A program made the translations under genes and the position numbers. Shown in pieces: positions 1 through 9,032 of a stretch of 64,000 bases of DNA. The notes beneath the pieces were generated by a model that saw only the letters and a program-made list of their open reading frames with translations, was not told the DNA's origin and did no database searches. The stretch is from Nitrososphaerales archaeon (GTDB taxonomy: Archaea; Thermoproteota; Nitrososphaeria; Nitrososphaerales; Gagatemarchaeaceae), in the NCBI GenBank assembly GCA_032906765.1, contig JAJTZB010000003.1, positions 77,072-141,071 on the forward strand. The letters are read 5' to 3'. The stretch's first letter is position 1, and each line of letters begins with the position of its first letter.

Positions 1-188
1 CTCCTTCCGATGGCGAGGCCCGGCCTGGCGACGTACACCTTGAGCGTCGTCCCGACAGGCGACTTTTGGACCTCGAGGCCACCGTAGCCGGCGTCGCGCA
101 GCTCCTTCTCGAAGAACTCGTCCAGCTCTGCGAAGGCCCTGCTCTGGAGGAGAATCGACTTTGCAGAACTTCGCTGCTGGACCGACAA
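1..188 (-). CDS. rps3: 30S ribosomal protein S3 (uS3), N-terminal part; runs off the window
   Basis: The minus-strand frame from TTG at 188 reads LSVQQRSSAKSILLQSRAFAELDEFFEKELRDAGYGGLEVQKSPVGTTLKVYVARPGLAIGR. This matches the N-terminal KH region of archaeal uS3. It starts 2 nt after the L22 stop, as in the conserved L22-S3 order. Confidence 0.8.
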   Translation of the reverse strand, partial: MSVQQRSSAKSILLQSRAFAELDEFFEKELRDAGYGGLEVQKSPVGTTLKVYVARPGLAIGR

Positions 189-190
189 CC

Positions 191-652
191 CTAGACCTCC
201 TTCCCGACTAACTCGATGTGGACGAGCTGGTGGAAGTTAGGCGAGCTGCGCCCGAAGGCCCTGGGGACGAAATCCTTCACAGTCCTTCCGGCGTAAGCAG
301 CTGCGTGGATTATCTGGACGTGTTCCGGGTCGTAACCCTTGAACTCTGAATTACTCTGGAGATTCTTCAATACGTCGACAAAGGCGCCCGCCGCCTTCAC
401 CGGGTAGGAGCCAGTCGGGAAGCCTTGGAGCTCGCTTCTGTGGCCTACCTTGAGCTTGTGCCGTCTGAAGGCCACAGCCATCTTCTTCTCCCTGACAAGC
501 TCCAGATGGTCTATCGCCTTTGTAACAGTCATCCCCTTGATCGTAAGTGCAATCTCCCTTGCAGCTTTCGGTGATACGTTTACCTCTCTTCCGCTAGCCC
601 TTACATGTACCGCTGGGTCGAAGCCCTCGAAACTGTAGCCGTACTGGGGCAA
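191..652 (-). CDS. rpl22: 50S ribosomal protein L22 (uL22)
   Basis: The 153-aa ORF has archaeal uL22-like sequence (VSPKAAREIALTIKGMTV..AIDHLELV, RRHK..VGHR). It is immediately followed by S3. Confidence 0.88.
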   Translation of the reverse strand: MPQYGYSFEGFDPAVHVRASGREVNVSPKAAREIALTIKGMTVTKAIDHLELVREKKMAVAFRRHKLKVGHRSELQGFPTGSYPVKAAGAFVDVLKNLQSNSEFKGYDPEHVQIIHAAAYAGRTVKDFVPRAFGRSSPNFHQLVHIELVGKEV

Positions 653-822
653 CTAATACCTCTCGTGAGCCTTTGGCGCTTAGTGATGCGGTTAAAAGGT
701 TATCCATACTAAACGGACAAGACGCGCGAAAATTCTCGTTTTCATTCGGACGGCTCTCTTTTTCATTTCGCGAAGGCAAAGCCTAAGAGAGCATGAAGGA
801 GACCGAATGAAGCGCGAGAACG

Positions 823-2538
823 ATGGTCGAGAGCCTCAAGCACGACGTCGTAATCGTTGGCTCCGGGATCGCCGGCCTTCGAGCTGCGATAGAGGCGGCA
901 CGGACCGGGGGAGGGAAGCTGGACGTCGCCGTGGTCACGAAGGTCCAGGCCATGCGTTCCCACTCCGTGAGCGCCGAGGGCGGGACTGCAGCAGTGCTCT
1001 ACCCTGAGCTAGGAGATTCCCTCGAGTCGCACGCCTTCGACACCGTGAAGGGCTCCGACTACCTGGCCGACCAGGACGCAGTCGAGAGGTTCGTCGACGA
1101 GATGCCGCATGAAATCTACCAGCTCGAACACTGGGGTATGCCTTGGTCGAGGAGGGAGGACGGCAGGATAGCTCAGAGGTGGTTCGGTGGGTACAGCTAC
1201 CCAAGGGCGACCTTCGCAGAAGACAAGGTCGGCTTCTTCGAGATGCAGACCCTCTACGACACCGCGACCAAGTACGACAACATCACGTTCTACCAGGAAT
1301 GGTTCGCCACATCCCTCATCGCTGAGAACGGCGAGTTCAGGGGTTTCACAGCGATCGAGAAGAAGACGGGCGACTTCGCGGCCATACTGGGCAAGGCTGG
1401 GATAATCGCCACCGGAGGTTCCGGGAGGCTGTACAGCTTCGCGACCTACGGCTACAGCTCGACACCAGACGGGATGTACATCGCACTTAGGGGCGGAGTG
1501 CCGCTCAAGGACATGGAGTTCATACAGTTCCATCCGACCGGGCTCGTACCTTCTGGCATACTGCTTACCGAAGCGGCCAGGGGGGAAGGGGGCATACTCC
1601 TAAACAAGGACGGCGAGCGGTTCATGAAGAAGTATGCGCCAGAGAAGGTCGAACTGGCATCGAGGGACGTCGTCTCGAGGGCAATCATCACGGAGGTGGA
1701 GGAAGGCAGGGGATTCAAGGACGAGGCGAGCGGGCTTGACTACGTTCACCTTGACGTGACGCATCTGGGGGCCGAGAAGGTAAAGCAGAGGCTGTCAGGA
1801 ATCAGGGAGATTGCGATAAAGTTCAGGGGTATAGACATCGTCGACACCCCTGCACCAATCAGCCCCGTCTGCCACTACGTGATGGGTGGGATAGACACGG
1901 ACGTGAACGGAGCGACCAAGGTGAAGGGTCTGTGGTCGGCCGGAGAGGCTGCGTGCGTCAGCATCAACGGCGCCAACAGGTTGGGCGCAAACTCGACAGC
2001 GGAGTGCCTCGTGTGGGGAAAGATAACGGGCGCCGAGGCTGCTAGCTACGCAGCGCGGGTTCAGAGCCGGAGCTCACCGGGCGAACAGGTGATGCTCGAG
2101 GAGCGGAGGGTCTTTGACGACATCTTCCACGGGAAAGGAGGCGCCAACCCGTACGAGATAAGGGACAAAGTCCAGAAGGCGATGGACAAAGGGGCCTTCG
2201 TCTACAGGACCGGCGAGGGGCTCTCGGAGGCGCTGAGGGCGATAAGAGAGCTGAAGAAGACGGACTTTAGACACTGCGACGACAAGAGCAGAGTGTACAA
2301 CACAAACCTGAGCGATGTCTTGGAGGTTGAGTCGATGCTAGAAGTCGCTGAGGTGGTCCTCGCTGGAGCGCTCGCACGGACTGAGTCGAGGGGGGCGCAC
2401 GCCCGGAGGGACTATCCCAAGAGAGACGACGAGAACTGGCTGAAGCACACGCTCGCCTCTTGGACCCCTGACGGCCCCAGGCTCGAATACTCCCCTGTTA
2501 CAATAACGAAGTACCAGCCTGCGGAGAGGCACTACTGA
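823..2538 (+). CDS. sdhA: Succinate dehydrogenase / fumarate reductase flavoprotein subunit
   Basis: 571 aa. It has an N-terminal FAD fold ([14 protein letters not shown]), the covalent-FAD His context ([10 protein letters not shown]), and HPTG, RLGANS and ESRGAHAR motifs typical of SdhA/FrdA. Confidence 0.93.
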   Translation: MVESLKHDVVIVGSGIAGLRAAIEAARTGGGKLDVAVVTKVQAMRSHSVSAEGGTAAVLYPELGDSLESHAFDTVKGSDYLADQDAVERFVDEMPHEIYQLEHWGMPWSRREDGRIAQRWFGGYSYPRATFAEDKVGFFEMQTLYDTATKYDNITFYQEWFATSLIAENGEFRGFTAIEKKTGDFAAILGKAGIIATGGSGRLYSFATYGYSSTPDGMYIALRGGVPLKDMEFIQFHPTGLVPSGILLTEAARGEGGILLNKDGERFMKKYAPEKVELASRDVVSRAIITEVEEGRGFKDEASGLDYVHLDVTHLGAEKVKQRLSGIREIAIKFRGIDIVDTPAPISPVCHYVMGGIDTDVNGATKVKGLWSAGEAACVSINGANRLGANSTAECLVWGKITGAEAASYAARVQSRSSPGEQVMLEERRVFDDIFHGKGGANPYEIRDKVQKAMDKGAFVYRTGEGLSEALRAIRELKKTDFRHCDDKSRVYNTNLSDVLEVESMLEVAEVVLAGALARTESRGAHARRDYPKRDDENWLKHTLASWTPDGPRLEYSPVTITKYQPAERHY

Positions 2539-2573
2539 ATCTGTATTAACGTGGTGGGATTGGTGGTAGAGAG

Positions 2574-3032
2574 TTGAGGGGAGAGGGGCGCGCTACCAAC
2601 AGGCGCGGGCTGGTAGGCTGGCTCAACCCGTATCACTACAACCTGGAGAGGTGGGCCTACGTCTTCCAGCGCCTCACTGGCATAGTGATCTTCCTGTACG
2701 TCATCGGCCATATCGGAGACACGAGCTTCTTCGTCGGCGGCCCATTGGGGGCGGGGCCAAACCAGTCGACCTGGGCCCTCGACCTCTCTGTCACTGAGAA
2801 CGTGGTCGGGCACTTCATTCTCGCTGCGACAGCGACCGTAGTCGTCTTCCACGGTCTCAACGGGATCAGGCTCATCTTGGCCGAGTACGGCATAATATTC
2901 CAGAAGCCGTCGCCGATCGAGTACCCCTACAAGCCCAAGGGGTTGAGGACAATGCAGAAGCATCTCATCTGGCTTGCAATCGTGCTAGCGATTGTCGCAG
3001 GTCTGTGGTCGGGGACGATCCTGTTCGGGTGA
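2574..3032 (+). CDS. Succinate dehydrogenase membrane anchor subunit (SdhC-like)
   Basis: A 152-aa hydrophobic protein with several predicted TM helices, lying between sdhA and sdhB. The call rests on position and hydrophobicity only. Confidence 0.55.
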   Translation: MRGEGRATNRRGLVGWLNPYHYNLERWAYVFQRLTGIVIFLYVIGHIGDTSFFVGGPLGAGPNQSTWALDLSVTENVVGHFILAATATVVVFHGLNGIRLILAEYGIIFQKPSPIEYPYKPKGLRTMQKHLIWLAIVLAIVAGLWSGTILFG

Positions 3033-3388
3033 TTTGCACGAGGGAATCAAGACTGATGCAGCTCCAGTACGCGACAGCCGTCGTGGCCCTCTTCCTTGTC
3101 GGGCTCCACCTCTTGATGCAGGGAGTGCTGGTCCCGTACGGCACTGCTCTCTCCTTCCAGAGGGTTCTCTCGCTCTACAGGGACTGGATAAACGGGAGCC
3201 TCCTGGAGATACTACTCATCGTCGTCCTTGCCCACGGCTTCAACGGCATGAGGGTCGTCCTCGTGGAGTGGAAGCAGACGAGGGGTTGGACCAGGTGGGT
3301 GAACAGAGGAACACTGGTGGCAGCCCTTCTGGTCATGGCGTACGGAACGAGGACGGTGATACTGGCTGTGGTAGGGGGAGTGAGCTGA
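3005..3388 (+). CDS. Succinate dehydrogenase membrane anchor subunit (SdhD-like)
   Basis: A 127-aa hydrophobic protein that overlaps the preceding anchor gene and precedes sdhB. The call rests on position and hydrophobicity. Confidence 0.5.
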   Translation: MVGDDPVRVICTRESRLMQLQYATAVVALFLVGLHLLMQGVLVPYGTALSFQRVLSLYRDWINGSLLEILLIVVLAHGFNGMRVVLVEWKQTRGWTRWVNRGTLVAALLVMAYGTRTVILAVVGGVS

Positions 3389-3413
3389 GACGTCGCCAGA
3401 GCTGAGGCTGAGG

Positions 3414-4166
3414 GTGCAGAGGTTCAACCCTTTCGTGGACTCGAAACCGCGCTTCGAGGAATTCCTTGTCCCGAAGAGGGACGGAATGACCGTGCTGGAC
3501 GCAATCCTCCACGCCAGGGACTACGAAGACCACTCGATCGGAGTGAGGTTCTCGTGCAGGATGGCCTCGTGCGGCTCCTGTGGGATGAAGATCAACGGTG
3601 TCCCAAGGCTGGCCTGCTACACACCGATCAGTGAGCTGAGGACCAAAGCTGTAACTGTGCAGCCGATGGACAACTTCCCCATAATCAAGGACTTGGCCAC
3701 GGACCTCACCGGCTTCTTCCAGAAGCACCGCGAGGTGATCCCCCACATAGTGAGGGGGGACGTGCAGGAGCTCGACAACGCCACGTCGGACTACGTGATG
3801 ACCCCGAAAGAACTGGATTCGATTCTGCAGTTCACTTACTGCATAAAGTGCGGTCTCTGCACTTCGTCCTGCCCCACGGTCGCCACGGACACACTCTACC
3901 CTGGCCCTCAGGCGCTCGCGCAGGCCTACAGGTACCTGATGGACGTCAGGGACGAGGGAGGGGAGGAGAGGCTGAAGATGCTCGACTCTGAACACGGCGT
4001 CTTCAGGTGTCACTACGCCGGGTCGTGCTCTGCAGTCTGCCCGAAAGGGGTGGACCCTGCGCTCGGAATCCAGCTGCTCAAGAGGCACGTGATGGCAGCC
4101 AAGCCCCCGCGGAGGAAGGGGGAGGGGGCGAAGCTCGCGACCAAACCAGAGGCAAGGCCCCAGTAA
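3414..4166 (+). CDS. sdhB: Succinate dehydrogenase iron-sulfur subunit
   Basis: 250 aa. It has a 2Fe-2S motif (CRMASCGSCGMKINGVPRLAC) and ferredoxin-type clusters (CIKCGLCTSSCP, CHYAGSCSAVCPKG). Confidence 0.9.
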   Translation: MQRFNPFVDSKPRFEEFLVPKRDGMTVLDAILHARDYEDHSIGVRFSCRMASCGSCGMKINGVPRLACYTPISELRTKAVTVQPMDNFPIIKDLATDLTGFFQKHREVIPHIVRGDVQELDNATSDYVMTPKELDSILQFTYCIKCGLCTSSCPTVATDTLYPGPQALAQAYRYLMDVRDEGGEERLKMLDSEHGVFRCHYAGSCSAVCPKGVDPALGIQLLKRHVMAAKPPRRKGEGAKLATKPEARPQ

Positions 4167-4574
4167 CTATTCACTAGCGTCTTCGAACTTCGCGCCGAGG
4201 TAGCCGTAGGCCCCTGTTTTCAGCACCTTCATTCCCAGGAGCGCGCATTTTATCCTCGACGGGCCCAGCTCCGGGTTCCCGAGCATCTCGAGTACGTTTT
4301 CCTTCGAGAGCTGCTTGACCCATTCCAGAGGCTTGCCCTTCGCGAGTTCTGTCAGCATCGAGGACGAGGCCAGGCTGATTGCGCACCCCTTGCCAGTGAA
4401 CCTGATCTGTTCTATCTTGTTCCCCTCACCGACCTTGATCTGCATCGTCACCTCGTCTCCGCAGAGCGGGTTGGTGTCGTGCGCCTCGATGTCGTGCGGC
4501 TCGAGGCTGCCGAAGTTCCTGGGATTCCTGTAGTAGTCCAGGATGATCTCCTTGTAGATGTCGGCGCTGCTCAA
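4167..4574 (-). CDS. sufU: SufU/IscU-like Fe-S cluster scaffold protein
   Basis: YYRNPRNFG, NPLCGD, GKGCAIS and RIKCALL motifs of the NifU-N/IscU/SufU family are present. The likely TTG start at 4574 overlaps the sufS TGA. The longer ORF in the track (to 4685) overlaps sufS. Confidence 0.8.
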   Translation of the reverse strand: MSSADIYKEIILDYYRNPRNFGSLEPHDIEAHDTNPLCGDEVTMQIKVGEGNKIEQIRFTGKGCAISLASSSMLTELAKGKPLEWVKQLSKENVLEMLGNPELGPSRIKCALLGMKVLKTGAYGYLGAKFEDASE

Positions 4575-7258
4575 AGCTTGAAGACCTTCCTCGCCTTCTC
4601 CAGCCCGTCCCTGAGGGAGTCCACGTCGTCGTACGAATTGTAGATGTAGAAGCTCGCCCTGCTCGTGGCTGCGACATTGAGCCAACGCATCAGCGGCTGG
4701 GCGCAGTGGTGCCCCGACCTGATTGCAATGCCCTCTTCGTCCAAGATGGTCGCCAGGTCGTGAGGGTGGACGTCCGCAAGGTTGAACGAGACTACGCCGC
4801 CTCTCTGCCTGACATCACTCGGTCCGTACGGTTCGAACCCCTTGACCTTCCCCAGCACATCCAGAGCGTACTTCAGAAGCTTGACCTCGTGCTCCCTCAC
4901 GTTCTTCATCCCTATGGACGAGAGGTAGTCGATCGCTGCGCCCAGTCCGATCGCGTCAGCGATGTTGACTGTCCCGGCCTCGAACTTGTACGGGACGTCG
5001 TTCCAGGTGGCGTGGTCCAGGAACACTTCTCTAATCATCTCCCCGCCTCCGTGGAACGGCTCCATCGCCTGGAGCAACTCCTTTCTGCCGAAGAGCACTC
5101 CTATGCCAGTCGGGCCGAGCATCTTGTGGCCTGAGTTATGAAGTAGAATCGGATAGAAGCCTCCGAAGAATCGCTCGCTGCCAGGAACAGAGACGTCGTA
5201 AACAGTGTGTTCTCCCACGGCCCTTACATCGCGCACCTTGACGACGCCGAAGTCTCCGTTGGCGAACTGTTTGTATCTCGCTAGTATGGTCTGCGCTCGG
5301 TCTTCGATCAGTCCCTTGTGGGTAGATTCAATCCATCGCACGACTTCAAGTATTGCCTTTCGCGAGGCGCGCTTGCGGACACTCCGCAGGGTCGATGAAA
5401 CCTCCGAGTTGTGCCTTGGCTTCGTTAGCCTGTATGCCTCCTTCAGAGCATCGACGCAGAGCGACTTGTCCCGGGACGCATCTCGCTTCAGGAGGGGTCG
5501 ATAGAATTCCCGAAGTTGCACCAATTCGCTTCTCTGAATCACCAGCGAGTACTGACTATTCCATGTTCGACGACGTGATTTTGCGAATCCTAGAGTATTG
5601 GAGATTCCGTGCAGCTTAAGAAGCCAGGACAGCTCGCTGATGAGCCTCTTTGACACGGATTTTGCTACTATCCTGTAGTCCTCGTTCTTAGAACCATCAC
5701 CTCTGAGATATCCTTTCAGGAGTTCGGCCACAAGTTCAGCACGAACCCTCCACACGAAGTCAGGGAGGTGCTTGTTGATGCTCGTTCCACATGATGATTT
5801 GAAGAATTCGAACCATTTCTTGTTGTTGAATGAAATGTTGGTAGTGTGATTGTTGTGGTTGTACCAGAGGTGAGAAGCTATCTTCTCGGAACCTGCGACA
5901 CCCACTGGTTGGGTCCGGCCAGAGTACTTCGTAGCAGTCTTGCGACTGATTCCGGCGGTCGTGGCAATTTGCATCATCGAAGCACCGTGCGCGACCTTCA
6001 CTTTTTCGAATGCGTTCGAGTAGTAATGGATTGGTTCTAGACTTTCTATCAACACGCGCGCATCGTTTACGAATGTGGTTTCGTCCTCGCCGAAGGTGAG
6101 AGAGACCCTGTTGTCTCTGGGGTCGACCGAACCCTCCGCAAGATAATAACCGACGAGCCGCATCAGTTCTCCTGTAATCTCCACATTTTCTCTTGTCAAG
6201 TTGCCATGATGTGTGAACTCCAGTGGAAATTCTCGGGAATCTCCGAGTCCGGTTCTGCTTTGTCTGTTGAGCGTAACCAGAAAGTCCCCCTTCCGCAGCT
6301 TGGAGACCTGCTCGTCCACGATGTCACCGTCGCGCCACACGTAGACCGAATGATACCCGGTAGCACGAACCGGCAAGGCACTGTTCTCGTAGCTTACCTC
6401 GTAGATACGATCAAGATGAGTCAGTGCGCCGTTGACGCGCTCAAATTTCGCCTTCGCATCGGTGCCCAGGGTCAGAATGGACAAGTCTTTGCCGCGATTG
6501 TAGAGTTCGACTGCTTCTTCGATGGGAACTAGTTGAATTTTTCCGGCGGACTCGATTAGTACAGGGGTGTCTCCAGTAACCGAGAAAGCTAGGAAGTCGC
6601 AACCAAGCACCGAGACGTCGACAGGCATGTGGGGGACGGACTGCGCAGCGTCGACGACCGTGACTGCGCCCGCCTTCCTCGCCTTGGAGCAGAGCGCGGC
6701 AACGTCGTTTATCGTTCCCAGGACGTTCGAACACTGCGTCAGCGCGACTACCGCTGGTGAGGACCCCATCAGCTTCTCGAACTCCTCGATGTTCAACGTG
6801 CCGTCTGAGTTCAGGCCGACGAACTTCAGGTTGGCTCCCTTCTTCTTAGCTAGGAGCTGCCAAGGAACGATGTTACTGTGGTGCTCCATGAGTGTTGTGA
6901 CTATTGTGTCGCCGCGCCCCACGCCACTCTCCCCCCACGCGAACCTGACGAGATTGATCGACTCTGTGGTGCCGCGCGTGAAGACGACCTCTGCTGGCTT
7001 GCATCCGACGAACGCTGCTGTCTTCCCTCGCGCCCCCTCGTACGCCTCTGTGGCCTCCTCTCCTAGCGTGTGAACCGAGCGGTGGACGTTCGAGTTGTAT
7101 CGGGAGTAGTAATCGACGAGTGCGTCGATCACCTGCTTCGGCTTCTGGGTTGTGGCTGCGTTGTCGAGGTAGACGAGGCGCTTCCCGTGGACCTTCCGCT
7201 TCAGGATCGGGAAATCGGAACGGACTTTCTCCAGTTCAAGTGTGCCTGATTCGAGCAA
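4571..7258 (-). CDS. sufS: Cysteine desulfurase SufS interrupted by a 483-aa intein (precursor 895 aa)
   Basis: The N-extein (aa 1-225) and C-extein (aa 709-895) join to give DFLAF|SGHKMLGPTGIGVL, the class-V aminotransferase PLP-lysine motif. RSGHHCAQP is in the C-terminal part. The combined extein length is 412 aa. Confidence 0.9.
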   Translation of the reverse strand: MLESGTLELEKVRSDFPILKRKVHGKRLVYLDNAATTQKPKQVIDALVDYYSRYNSNVHRSVHTLGEEATEAYEGARGKTAAFVGCKPAEVVFTRGTTESINLVRFAWGESGVGRGDTIVTTLMEHHSNIVPWQLLAKKKGANLKFVGLNSDGTLNIEEFEKLMGSSPAVVALTQCSNVLGTINDVAALCSKARKAGAVTVVDAAQSVPHMPVDVSVLGCDFLAFSVTGDTPVLIESAGKIQLVPIEEAVELYNRGKDLSILTLGTDAKAKFERVNGALTHLDRIYEVSYENSALPVRATGYHSVYVWRDGDIVDEQVSKLRKGDFLVTLNRQSRTGLGDSREFPLEFTHHGNLTRENVEITGELMRLVGYYLAEGSVDPRDNRVSLTFGEDETTFVNDARVLIESLEPIHYYSNAFEKVKVAHGASMMQIATTAGISRKTATKYSGRTQPVGVAGSEKIASHLWYNHNNHTTNISFNNKKWFEFFKSSCGTSINKHLPDFVWRVRAELVAELLKGYLRGDGSKNEDYRIVAKSVSKRLISELSWLLKLHGISNTLGFAKSRRRTWNSQYSLVIQRSELVQLREFYRPLLKRDASRDKSLCVDALKEAYRLTKPRHNSEVSSTLRSVRKRASRKAILEVVRWIESTHKGLIEDRAQTILARYKQFANGDFGVVKVRDVRAVGEHTVYDVSVPGSERFFGGFYPILLHNSGHKMLGPTGIGVLFGRKELLQAMEPFHGGGEMIREVFLDHATWNDVPYKFEAGTVNIADAIGLGAAIDYLSSIGMKNVREHEVKLLKYALDVLGKVKGFEPYGPSDVRQRGGVVSFNLADVHPHDLATILDEEGIAIRSGHHCAQPLMRWLNVAATSRASFYIYNSYDDVDSLRDGLEKARKVFKL
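5135..6583 (-). mobile_element. Intein with LAGLIDADG homing-endonuclease domain inside sufS
   Basis: It starts SVTGDTPVL (block A, Ser1), has TGYH (block B TxxH), and carries LAGLIDADG motifs (LVGYYLAEGSVD, LLKGYLRGDGSKN). It ends ILLHN and is followed by Ser+1. It looks AT-richer than the flanking extein DNA. Confidence 0.85.
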
Positions 7259-7276
7259 GATTATGAAGCCGCCTGA

Positions 7277-7585
7277 CTAGACCTCGAGGAAAATCGTCCC
7301 GTCCTGTATTTTAACATTGAAGACCTGAAGGGGGACGGTCGCGGGAGGGTTCATGACCTGGCCAGACCTCAGGTCGAACTGCGACAAGTGCAGCGGGCAG
7401 ACGACGCTGCCTTCAAGCATCATTCCCAGGCCGAGGTCTGCCTCCTCGTGCGTGCAGGTTCCGCTGAGTGCGTGCACCTCTCCGCCTATCTTCGAGAGCA
7501 GGACGTGGGTCCCGTTCACGTCCACCGTTGCCATGGAACCTTCGGACAGGTCGTCGAACCTCATCGCTGGGACGAACTCCGCCAA
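7277..7585 (-). CDS. Rieske [2Fe-2S] domain protein
   Basis: 102 aa with the CTHEEADL...CPLHLSQF Rieske cluster-binding motifs. It sits between sufD and sufS. Confidence 0.8.
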   Translation of the reverse strand: MAEFVPAMRFDDLSEGSMATVDVNGTHVLLSKIGGEVHALSGTCTHEEADLGLGMMLEGSVVCPLHLSQFDLRSGQVMNPPATVPLQVFNVKIQDGTIFLEV

Positions 7586-7589
7586 ACGA

Positions 7590-9002
7590 TCACCGGTATT
7601 TGTAGTGGCGCTCGAAGATGTCCTCTGACTGCTTTACCTCAGGGATGGCCTCGCCCGTGAGAGCTATCAGCGTCTCCCTGTCCACCAGCCTCTTCTTCTC
7701 ACCGTTCCACTTTCCTTCTATCATGAACCTCGCCCCCTCCCGAGTCTGCTCGACTGGGACGCGGGACAGGACGGGCTCGAAGAAGCCGAGGACCACCATC
7801 CTCCTAGCCTCGTCGAGAGGAAGACCCCGCGCCATCAGGTAGAAGAGCTGCTCCTCGTCAACCTGCGCCACGGACGCGGAGTGGGTCGCCTTCACCTCGT
7901 TCGTGAGTATCTCCAACCCCGGCACTGCGTCGGACCTCGCCGTCCTTTCGAGTATCATCGCGTGGTGGGCCAAGTACGCGCGGGAGTTCTTCGCCGAAGG
8001 CCCGATCCTTATCATTCCCTTGAATATCGACTGCGACTCGCCCTTCAGGACGCCCCTCGCCTGCGTCGAGCCGCTTGAGTCCGGGGAGTTGTGGACCAGG
8101 TTGGACTCGAAGTCGTACCGCTGTTTCCCGTCAGTGAAGAATATCTCGAATCCCTCGGCTTGCGACCCCCTGCCGTCGAGGAAGAAGTTCATCCTCGACC
8201 GGACCACCGCAGACCCGAGCGAGAGTGCGCTGACCGTGGCCTTCGCATCGTTCATCACCTCTATCGCCCTGTTCGACAGGTGGACGGCTTGGTCGTCAAG
8301 TAGCTGGATGGAGCTGAAGTCCACGTGTGCGCCAGGCCCGGCGTGGACCTCCACAGTGGAGGCGACGAGCGACGGCCCCGACGCGTGGGCCGAGTAGAGC
8401 TCCTCGAGGAATCCAACCTTGGATCCCTCCTCCGCGTAGATGATCGTCTGCTCGAGTACGCTCGTCGAAGGGTCGTTGGTGACGAGCATCTTTCTCAGCG
8501 GGTGCGAGACCTCGACGCCTTTCGGGACATAGACAAAGGTTCCGGAGTTGAAGAACGCGTTGACCAGGGCCGCGAACCTATCATCCTCTGACTTCACCAT
8601 CTTGAGCGAAAAGACGCGCCTCACCAAGGCCTCGTCAAGCACAAGAGCTTCGTGGAGGGGGAGGAGCTTGACGCCCGTGGCCGAGAGGGACTCCGCCAGT
8701 TCTGCGTGTACCTCCGTCTCGTTGCCCTGGAGCAGGATGTTGTTCTCCTTGCCAGTGAGATAGTCCTTGAAGAACGTCCTGAGGTCGACCTCCGACTTTT
8801 GCGGTTTTGCCCCGAACCCGGAACCGTCGAAGCTGGAGATGTTGGCGTACTTCGTGTAGAGCGGGTTCTTCTCCGGGGGCAGGGAGGCGAACGATTGGAA
8901 CGACTTTAGCCTGAACTCCGTCAGCCAAGACGGCTCCTTGAGGTAGGCGGACAGCGCCCTCACGGCTTCCTCGTTGAATTCGCCCATCAGTTGCTGAGCC
9001 AT
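7590..9002 (-). CDS. sufD: Fe-S cluster assembly protein SufD (SufB/SufD family)
   Basis: 470 aa of the SufBD beta-helix family, with a C-terminal EEQLFYLMARGL motif. It lies downstream of sufB in the suf operon. Confidence 0.8.
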   Translation of the reverse strand: MAQQLMGEFNEEAVRALSAYLKEPSWLTEFRLKSFQSFASLPPEKNPLYTKYANISSFDGSGFGAKPQKSEVDLRTFFKDYLTGKENNILLQGNETEVHAELAESLSATGVKLLPLHEALVLDEALVRRVFSLKMVKSEDDRFAALVNAFFNSGTFVYVPKGVEVSHPLRKMLVTNDPSTSVLEQTIIYAEEGSKVGFLEELYSAHASGPSLVASTVEVHAGPGAHVDFSSIQLLDDQAVHLSNRAIEVMNDAKATVSALSLGSAVVRSRMNFFLDGRGSQAEGFEIFFTDGKQRYDFESNLVHNSPDSSGSTQARGVLKGESQSIFKGMIRIGPSAKNSRAYLAHHAMILERTARSDAVPGLEILTNEVKATHSASVAQVDEEQLFYLMARGLPLDEARRMVVLGFFEPVLSRVPVEQTREGARFMIEGKWNGEKKRLVDRETLIALTGEAIPEVKQSEDIFERHYKYR

Positions 9003-9032
9003 CTGCGTTCTCCCCCCGCGTCCTACCTTTGA

